From an uncultured Selenomonadaceae bacterium (GTDB lineage Bacteria; Bacillota; Negativicutes; Selenomonadales; Selenomonadaceae), in contig CAJTSO010000002.1 of NCBI GenBank assembly GCA_910579115.1, forward strand, positions 7,040 to 71,039: 64,000 bases of DNA, given 5' to 3'. Numbering within the stretch: position 1 is the first letter of the stretch; each line of letters opens with the position of its first letter. Positions 58,002 through 64,000 of this stretch are shown here, one piece after another. The translations under genes were made by a program, and so were the position numbers. Below the pieces are notes generated by a model. That model worked only from the letters and a program-made list of their open reading frames with translations, had not been told where the DNA came from and made no database searches.

Positions 58002-59987
58002 TTATTTTGCCATCAATTCCGCCAGCTTATTGGCAAAACCAATTGGGTCATCCGGCAGTATTCCTTCAATGAGCAACGCCTGAGTATAAAGCAGACCGCA
58101 GTAGTCCTTAAATTCTTTCCCCTCTGCACCGATACTATGGAGATTTACCAGCTTTTCAAAGAGCGCATGATGGGGATTGATTTCAAGAATACGCTTTGCC
58201 TTAAACATTGGATTATCCATTGCCGCAAAAGTTTTTTCCATGGATATGGAGGGTCCGTTTTCATCGGCTACCAGACAGACAGCACTGGTCTTTAACCGTT
58301 TCGATATCTTAACATCGCTTACCTTATCGCTAAGGGCTTTCTTTATGTCCTTCATCAAGGCATCATTCTTCTTGGCGATATCTTCAGTCTCTTTCTTGAT
58401 CTCCTCTGCCTCGGCATCGCCAAGATCAAGATCGCCACGACTTATTGAGCGGAAGCTTTTGCCTTCATACTCCCTGAGAGTGTCAACACAGAATTCATCA
58501 ACCGGATCAGTAAGGTAAAATACCTCAAAGCCTCTGGCATTCAGTTGTTCCATCTGGGGCAGCTTTTCAATGAGTTCCCTGTCTTTGCCGCTGGCATAGT
58601 ATATCTCCTTCTGACTTTCCGGCATCCGCCCGATGTATTCCTTTAAGCTGGTGAGCTTATTCTCCTTTGAACTTTCAAGGAGCAAGAGGTCCTTCAATTT
58701 CTCTTGAGCGTCAGGATTAGTAAAGATGCTGTCATATACGCCGATTTTCAGCGATTTACCGAAGGCCATCCAGAATTTTTCATAGCGTTCCCGCTCGTTC
58801 TTCAGCATCTTGGAAAGAGTTTTCAGGATGGTTTTTTCCAGAGATTTCCCAATCGTCTTCAACTCACGGCTCTGCTGAAGCAATTCACGGGAAATGTTCA
58901 GAGATAAATCCGGAGAATCAACCAAGCCCTTGATGAATCTCAAATAATCAGGGAGCAGATCCTTGCATTTATCCATGATAAATACGTGGCGGGAGAACAA
59001 CTGGAGCCCCGGCTCAAAGTCGGTGTGGTAAAGGTTAAACGGTGCCTTTGACGGAATGTACATCAGCGCTGTATATTCAGTGGTGCCTTCCAAGGTAACA
59101 TGGAATATCTCCATGGGATCCTCCCAGTCGGAGAACTGGGCCTTGTAGAAGTCATTGTATTCTTCCTGAGTGATCTCATCCTTATTGCGGGTCCAGAGAG
59201 GCTTCATGGAATTAAGGGTACGTACCTCAGTATGCTTGATTTTCTCCGCTCCTTCAATAGGTTTCCCATCAGCGTCTTTCGGAGTTTCTTCGATCTCAAA
59301 ATCCATCTTTATGGGATAGCGGATATAATCACTATATTTCTTTACGAGATCCTGCAGCTTATAGCGTTCAGTGAAGCTCTCCTCTGCCTCCTTACCGGTA
59401 AACTCATCGAAAAGATGCAATACAATTGTCGTCCCACGGGTATCCTTTTCTGCTGCCTCAACAGAGAAAGTTCCCAAGCCATCAGATTCCCAGCGGGTAG
59501 CCTCAGTGGTGCCTGCCTTCTTTGTAATCACAGTAACCTTATCAGCAACCATGAACGCAGAATAGAAGCCTACACCGAACTGACCGATCAGATCCTTATC
59601 AGTGGCCTCATTATCATCCTTCTTTTCTCCTTCAGCCGCTTCCTTTCCCCCTACCTTTTCCTTCATTTTTTCCATGAAGGCTTTAGTCCCTGATTTAGCA
59701 ATAGTACCAAGGTTTTCCATAACCTCATCACGAGTCATGCCAATACCGTTATCTGAAATGGTAAGAGTCTTTGACTCTGCATCCGGCAGAAGATAGATTT
59801 CATAATCTTCTCCATCCGCTAAAAGATTGTGATCAGTCAGCCCTTCAAATCGCACTTTATCAATGGCATCTGAAGCGTTGGAAACAAGCTCCCTGAGAAA
59901 AATTTCATGATTGGTATAAATAGAGTGAACCATTAGATCAAGTAATTTTTTTGTTTCCGCCTGAAATTCATACATTTCTTTTGACAT
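58002..59987 (-). CDS. htpG: molecular chaperone HtpG (Hsp90)
   Basis: 661 aa with the IFLRELVSNASDA and GQFGVGFYSAF Hsp90 ATPase motifs. Confidence 0.96.
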   Translation of the reverse strand: MSKEMYEFQAETKKLLDLMVHSIYTNHEIFLRELVSNASDAIDKVRFEGLTDHNLLADGEDYEIYLLPDAESKTLTISDNGIGMTRDEVMENLGTIAKSGTKAFMEKMKEKVGGKEAAEGEKKDDNEATDKDLIGQFGVGFYSAFMVADKVTVITKKAGTTEATRWESDGLGTFSVEAAEKDTRGTTIVLHLFDEFTGKEAEESFTERYKLQDLVKKYSDYIRYPIKMDFEIEETPKDADGKPIEGAEKIKHTEVRTLNSMKPLWTRNKDEITQEEYNDFYKAQFSDWEDPMEIFHVTLEGTTEYTALMYIPSKAPFNLYHTDFEPGLQLFSRHVFIMDKCKDLLPDYLRFIKGLVDSPDLSLNISRELLQQSRELKTIGKSLEKTILKTLSKMLKNERERYEKFWMAFGKSLKIGVYDSIFTNPDAQEKLKDLLLLESSKENKLTSLKEYIGRMPESQKEIYYASGKDRELIEKLPQMEQLNARGFEVFYLTDPVDEFCVDTLREYEGKSFRSISRGDLDLGDAEAEEIKKETEDIAKKNDALMKDIKKALSDKVSDVKISKRLKTSAVCLVADENGPSISMEKTFAAMDNPMFKAKRILEINPHHALFEKLVNLHSIGAEGKEFKDYCGLLYTQALLIEGILPDDPIGFANKLAELMAK

Positions 59988-60032
59988 TTTCCTAACTTCC
60001 TTTGCATACGTAATAAAAAATAATTAGACAAA

Positions 60033-60077
60033 ATCCCATGGTTGGCACTCAGACATAGCGAGTGCCAACCATGGGAT
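60033..60077. promoter_or_regulatory. CIRCE-like HrcA operator (TTGGCACTC-N9-GAGTGCCAA) inside an 18-bp-arm perfect inverted repeat
   Basis: ATCCCATGGTTGGCACTC agacatagc GAGTGCCAACCATGGGAT. The core differs from the CIRCE consensus TTAGCACTC-N9-GAGTGCTAA at one symmetric position per arm. It starts 1 nt after the predicted -10. Confidence 0.65.
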
Positions 60078-60078
60078 A

Positions 60079-60107
60079 ATAATACATCAAAAAGTCAAAG
60101 TTTGCAA
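60079..60107 (-). promoter_or_regulatory. sigma-70-type promoter for htpG
   Basis: Minus strand reads TTGCAA, 17 nt, TATTAT, located between the rarA stop and the CIRCE repeat. Confidence 0.45.
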
Positions 60108-60138
60108 GTTTTTTTCAAGCCCTCCAATAAAACAATCG

Positions 60139-61482
60139 TCACCAGCGCTTTGGCCAGCAGTAATGCAGATAATCCCTGAGATACTTCTCACGACCATTTT
60201 CCGAAGGCTCATAATAACGAGAATTTTTAGAAATTTCTGGAAGGTACTGCTGCGGGGTAAAGTGGCCGGGATAATCATGTGGATATATGTACTCTATACC
60301 ATGACCAAGCTTGGCTGCCCCCTTATAATGGGCGTCCCGGAGATGCATTGGCACGGGGCCCGTTGCTTTTCCTCTCACCTCCGACAATGCCCTGTCAATA
60401 GACATATATGCCGCGTTGCTCTTCGGGGCTGAGGCGATATAGGTCACAGCCTGAGCCAAAGGTATTCTGGCTTCCGGCCAACCAACGAAGCGCACGGCAT
60501 CTACCGCCGCCATTGCCAAAACCAGCGCCATGGGGTCGGCATTTCCTACATCTTCAGCCGCACAGATAGCGACCCTGCGGGCAATAAATTCTAAATCTTC
60601 GCCCCCGGCAATCATTCTGGCCAGATAATGAATAGCTGCATCCGGATCGCTGCCCCGCATACTTTTTATAAAAGCCGAAACTATATCGTAGTGATTATCG
60701 CCTTTCTTATCGTATTTCTGAACTCTCTCTCCAACAATCGCCTTCAGGGCTGCCAGATTTATTTCTCTTGTACCCTGACCGCCATCACCAATCATCGCCT
60801 GTTCGGCTGCTTCCTCCAACAGGTTCAGGGCAATGCGGGCATCGCCACCGGAAAGTCCCGCAATGGCTAAAGCAGTTTCATCATTCATTACTAAATTTTT
60901 CTCTCCGAGTCCCCGTTCTTTATCCGACAGCGCATGACGGAGAATCCTTGCTATTGCATTATCATCCAGCGGTGAAAGTTTCACTATCCTCACCCGGGAG
61001 AGCAGAGCATGATTCACCTCAAAAAAAGGATTTTCCGTAGTGGCGCCAATAAGAATTAAACGGCCATCCTCAACATAGGGAAGCAGAATATCCTGCTGGC
61101 TTTTGTTGAACCGGTGGATCTCATCTATAAATATTATCGTTCGGCGATGATATAAACGGCGTACATCTTTCGCTTCCTCCACAATACGGCGAATATCCGC
61201 TATTCCGGATGACACGGCATTTATTCGTTTGAATTCACTTTCAGTCGTGCCTGCTATCATCCTGGCAAGGGTTGTCTTTCCTGTCCCAGGCGGACCAAAG
61301 AGAATCATCGAAGGGATCTTGTCGGCCTCAATCATCCTGCGAAGGTATGTTCCCGGACCCAGCACATCCTCCTGCCCTACAAATTCATCGGCATTTCGGG
61401 GTCTCATCCGCTCTGCCAGCGGCTCAAAAACAGCACCGTCATCATCTGCTGATGAGAAAAGATCAAAATTTTCCATTGTCAT
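60139..61482 (-). CDS. rarA: replication-associated recombination protein A (AAA+ ATPase RarA/MgsA)
   Basis: Walker A GPPGTGKTT, Walker B IFIDEIHRFNK, and the MgsA C-terminal domain (HLRDAHYKGA, YPHDYP). Confidence 0.93.
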   Translation of the reverse strand: MTMENFDLFSSADDDGAVFEPLAERMRPRNADEFVGQEDVLGPGTYLRRMIEADKIPSMILFGPPGTGKTTLARMIAGTTESEFKRINAVSSGIADIRRIVEEAKDVRRLYHRRTIIFIDEIHRFNKSQQDILLPYVEDGRLILIGATTENPFFEVNHALLSRVRIVKLSPLDDNAIARILRHALSDKERGLGEKNLVMNDETALAIAGLSGGDARIALNLLEEAAEQAMIGDGGQGTREINLAALKAIVGERVQKYDKKGDNHYDIVSAFIKSMRGSDPDAAIHYLARMIAGGEDLEFIARRVAICAAEDVGNADPMALVLAMAAVDAVRFVGWPEARIPLAQAVTYIASAPKSNAAYMSIDRALSEVRGKATGPVPMHLRDAHYKGAAKLGHGIEYIYPHDYPGHFTPQQYLPEISKNSRYYEPSENGREKYLRDYLHYCWPKRW

Positions 61483-61925
61483 CTTCCTGTAGAACCGAAA
61501 CCGCCACTTCTGGTACCTTCAGCAAAATCCTCATCAACGGTAAGATACCGATAAAATATTCCCTGAGCAATTCGGTCTCCTTTATTGATAGTTACCGTTC
61601 TATCCCCCACATTCCGAAGGGCAATAATAATATGTCCTTCATTATCACTGTTGTTATAGTAGTCGGCATCAACTACCCCCTGGCTATTAGCCAGCAAAAG
61701 CTGTTGCTTTATACCCAGGGAAGACCGTATATGAATACCCAGATACTCGTCAGCCTGCATATATGCCTTTAATCCTGTAGCAATCAACGCAAGCGCCCCC
61801 GGCTCTACAGACACGCTTTCCGCCGCCTCTATATCATAACCGGCGCTGTGAGCTGTTTTGCGTACAGGTAAGTTTATATTTTTGTCTCTGAATGATGAAA
61901 TGACCTCAAAGCCTCTGTTCCTCAT
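61479..61925 (-). CDS. dut: dUTP diphosphatase
   Basis: 148 aa with the AGYD motif, GVVDADY-type motif and C-terminal RSGGFGSTG. It overlaps the rarA start by 4 nt. Confidence 0.88.
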   Translation of the reverse strand: MRNRGFEVISSFRDKNINLPVRKTAHSAGYDIEAAESVSVEPGALALIATGLKAYMQADEYLGIHIRSSLGIKQQLLLANSQGVVDADYYNNSDNEGHIIIALRNVGDRTVTINKGDRIAQGIFYRYLTVDEDFAEGTRSGGFGSTGR

Positions 61926-62009
61926 TTTGTTTCTCCTTAAGCTTTCTTCTATTTTATCACAGATGTTCTGCCAACCAAAAGAATTTTCCGGTTAAATCCG
62001 GTACAGATA

Positions 62010-62050
62010 AGTAAAAGGCCCTGCGATCATCCAGCGATGCAGGGCCTTTG
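62010..62050 (-). terminator. intrinsic terminator after hfq
   Basis: Minus strand reads AAAGGCCCTGC, 14-nt loop, GCAGGGCCTTT, followed by TAC; the last four U of the 3' arm serve as the U-tract. Confidence 0.7.
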
Positions 62051-62056
62051 TAACAT

Positions 62057-62317
62057 TCATTTTTCTTCCGGCTTCGCAAAATCTAATCCATGAGCCAACG
62101 GCTTCATAGGGCTGATGGTAGAAATCGCATGCTTATATACCATCTGCTGTTTACCAAGAGAGTCAAGAATAACGGTGAAGCTATCAAAGCCCCTGACATT
62201 CCCTTTTATTTGGAAACCATTTACGAGGTAGATGGTAACCGCAATATTTTCCTTCCGAACCTGATTAAGAAACATATCCTGCAGATTCAGAACCTTGCCG
62301 GCCGTTTTTTGATTCAT
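62057..62317 (-). CDS. hfq: RNA chaperone Hfq
   Basis: [51 protein letters not shown]...YKHAISTI (Sm1/Sm2 motifs). The ATG at 62317 follows GGAGG. The longer ORF to 62446 is a spurious extension. Confidence 0.92.
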   Translation of the reverse strand: MNQKTAGKVLNLQDMFLNQVRKENIAVTIYLVNGFQIKGNVRGFDSFTVILDSLGKQQMVYKHAISTISPMKPLAHGLDFAKPEEK

Positions 62318-62462
62318 GATAGTGCCTCCAGTCAAGTAAAAGATTTGACAAAAACAAACAAGATAAACAAAAATACTTATTGAAAATAATAAATATTTTA
62401 TTAGCCTGTTATCGCACTCTTTAATTAAATCTGCAAATATTACCAAAAAGTTTTACGCCCTG

Positions 62463-63428
62463 TCAAACGTCATCCCAAAATGCTCTGACAATTCCCAGTA
62501 GTTTTTCATTCAGAGATTCTTCTGAGCAGCCGGTTGGATCCACCCATGCGACATACGGCATACGACGGTACCAGGTGAGCTGTCTTTTGGCAAAATGCCG
62601 GGTATTCTTCTTTATATTCTCCACCATTTTTTCATAAGATATTTCCCCTGCTAAATATGCCGCAGTCTCTCGATAACCGATTGCCCGCATTGGCTGGCAA
62701 AAGCGGTCTGACCCTGCTGCAATAAGGCCTTTAACCTCTTCGATCAGCCCATCATGCAGCATATTGTCTACTCGCAGGTTTATTCTCTCGTACAACAGTG
62801 ACCGTTCTCTCATCAGCCCTATGACACAGGCATCATAGACAAGGTCCCCCATCTCCGCCGTATTCTCAGCTTTACTAATCCGCTGACGGGATATACTTTC
62901 TCCCGCGATGGCCACTTCTATAGCGCGAACTATTCGGCGTACATCCCGGTTCGACAATACCTCTCCTGCCACGGGATCAAGGCTTTTTAGCTTTTGAAGC
63001 AAATATTCGCGTGAATCATCAGGCGAAGCTTCCCTAGCCTCCAGCTCCAACTGCCGGCGTAGCTCATCGTTGCCAGCAGTTTCGTTAAACTTATACCCCT
63101 CAAGGAGGGCTTTTACATATAATCCAGTACCTCCGCAAAGGATGGGGATCCTTCCCTGAGAATTGATCGCCGCTATTTTCTCCTTTGCTTCGGCGCAGAA
63201 GTCCGTAACATTATACCCTACATCTCCATCAAGTATATTTATGAGATGATGCGGAACAGTCGCCAGCTCATGCTCTGTCGGTTTTGCCGCTCCAATGTCA
63301 AAACCGCGATATACCAGTTGAGAATCCCCTGAGATTATCTCAGTATTAAGCTCTTTGGCTAACGCTATAGCTGCCCCGGTCTTACCAACTGCCGTAGGAC
63401 CAAGTACGACTATGAGACGCGGCTTCAT
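62463..63428 (-). CDS. miaA: tRNA dimethylallyltransferase
   Basis: VLGPTAVGKT P-loop with a typical MiaA sequence. It lies upstream of hfq as in many bacteria. Confidence 0.95.
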   Translation of the reverse strand: MKPRLIVVLGPTAVGKTGAAIALAKELNTEIISGDSQLVYRGFDIGAAKPTEHELATVPHHLINILDGDVGYNVTDFCAEAKEKIAAINSQGRIPILCGGTGLYVKALLEGYKFNETAGNDELRRQLELEAREASPDDSREYLLQKLKSLDPVAGEVLSNRDVRRIVRAIEVAIAGESISRQRISKAENTAEMGDLVYDACVIGLMRERSLLYERINLRVDNMLHDGLIEEVKGLIAAGSDRFCQPMRAIGYRETAAYLAGEISYEKMVENIKKNTRHFAKRQLTWYRRMPYVAWVDPTGCSEESLNEKLLGIVRAFWDDV

Positions 63429-64000
63429 TACAATTCGACACGCTCGCCCGGTTTTACTACCGGAACTACCGCCTCGCCTTTACTTTCAACCTTACGCTTG
63501 AACTCCTCTACATCTGCAGCAATGAGCGGCCATGTGTTGTAATGAATAGGGATTACTTTTTTCGCCCCAACAAATTCAGCGGCAACAACGGCTTCCTTTA
63601 TTCCCATGGTAAAGTTGTCGCCTATAGGCAATACAGCCACAGTAACACCACAAAGCTCACCTATGAGCTTCATATCACCAAAGAGGGATGTGTCGCCGGC
63701 AAAGTATACTACCTGACCGCCCATCTCTATGACAAAGCCTGCCGCCACCCCCCCGGCTACCATGCAGCTATGGATTGCCGGAACCATTTTAACACTACCG
63801 AAAGGTAACTTTACCGTACCTCCCACATTCATTCCATGGCCATTTACCCCTGACATGGTGCCAAGGACTTCCGGAATAGCCAAAACCATCGCCCCGGTGC
63901 GCTTTGCAATCTCCTCTGCCTGTCCGACATGATCAAAATGACCATGGGAAACCAGAATATAATCACACTGAATATCCTCAGGTTTTGCTGCCGCAACAGG
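63428..64000 (-). CDS. UPF0173-type metal-dependent hydrolase (metallo-beta-lactamase fold); 5' end beyond the right edge
   Basis: The reading frame stays open to position 64000. My own translation gives ...DYILVSHGHFDHVGQAEEIAKRTGAMVLAIPE..., containing the HxHxDH zinc motif. The M at 63889 in the ORF track is internal. Confidence 0.8.
   Translation of the reverse strand, partial: PVAAAKPEDIQCDYILVSHGHFDHVGQAEEIAKRTGAMVLAIPEVLGTMSGVNGHGMNVGGTVKLPFGSVKMVPAIHSCMVAGGVAAGFVIEMGGQVVYFAGDTSLFGDMKLIGELCGVTVAVLPIGDNFTMGIKEAVVAAEFVGAKKVIPIHYNTWPLIAADVEEFKRKVESKGEAVVPVVKPGERVEL

Noticed and set aside
62318-62446. N-terminal extension of the hfq ORF (129 aa in the track). Several other genes carry similar upstream extensions: dapB, prs, rluB, the receiver, cheB, epimerase, scpC, glnS, aroA and folC.
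   Set aside because: In each case an internal start codon with a proper Shine-Dalgarno sequence coincides with the normal family N-terminus. The extensions are hydrophobic or nonsense sequence read from AT-rich intergenic DNA.
1-64000. Search for CRISPR arrays, IS elements or transposases, integrases, phage genes, restriction-modification or other defence genes, and long direct or inverted repeats.
   Set aside because: I recognised none on either strand. Every ORF over 100 aa that is not a shadow ORF is a housekeeping, envelope or signalling gene, so I make no mobile-element or defence-island call.

Overview
The window reads as core chromosome of a Firmicutes genome. My inference from gene content is Negativicutes (Selenomonadales or Sporomusa-like). 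The supporting content is a complete succinate-to-propionate methylmalonyl-CoA operon, an O-antigen-ligase-family gene, a bofA sporulation remnant, Firmicutes-type synteny (ireB-ruvX-DUF1292, ybaB-recR-bofA, cmk-aroA, der-plsY) and chemotaxis genes.

I support about 58 protein genes and one tRNA-Leu(UAG). Almost all lie on the minus strand. There are two small plus-strand islands, at 25662-27293 and 42926-45675.

Gene order, read along the minus strand from high to low coordinates:
- UPF0173 hydrolase, miaA, hfq
- dut, rarA
- htpG
- ispE, gntR, glmU, prs
- recG, TVP38
- dapB, asd
- ireB, ruvX, DUF1292, substrate-binding protein (SBP)
- metF-like gene
- plus-strand island: small membrane protein, SseB-macro fusion, ybaB, recR, bofA
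- rluB, FAD oxidoreductase, aroA, cmk, plsC
- ispH, S1
- DUF512
- der, plsY
- tRNA-Leu
- double-U32 protein
- uvrB
- plus-strand SGNH hydrolase
- cobO, ilvD
- cheA, cheW, mcp, cheB, PAS histidine kinase, receiver
- HD protein, glnS, small ORF, leuS
- folC, O-antigen ligase-like gene
- CoA-transferase, methylmalonyl-CoA mutase (two subunits), meaB, epimerase, carboxyltransferase

I found no IS element, integrase, prophage, CRISPR array, restriction or other defence genes, and no long repeats, so this is an ordinary rather than accessory region.

The least ordinary items:
1. A tightly packed chemosensory cluster that embeds a cytoplasmic dual-PAS histidine kinase with a 4-Cys insert and a CheB with a very long linker, and ends in a lone receiver.
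2. A CIRCE-type inverted repeat directly after a promoter upstream of htpG, which also looks like the rarA terminator.
3. Two near-identical GntR-type palindromes flanking the ispE-gntR promoter.
4. A one-nucleotide frameshift at the 3' end of the HI0933-type flavoprotein gene.
5. A T10 tract inside the O-antigen-ligase-like gene.
6. An SseB-like/macro-domain fusion sitting where dnaX normally precedes ybaB-recR.

None of these is proven novel from sequence alone. All functional calls come from recognising family motifs by eye, not from database searches.
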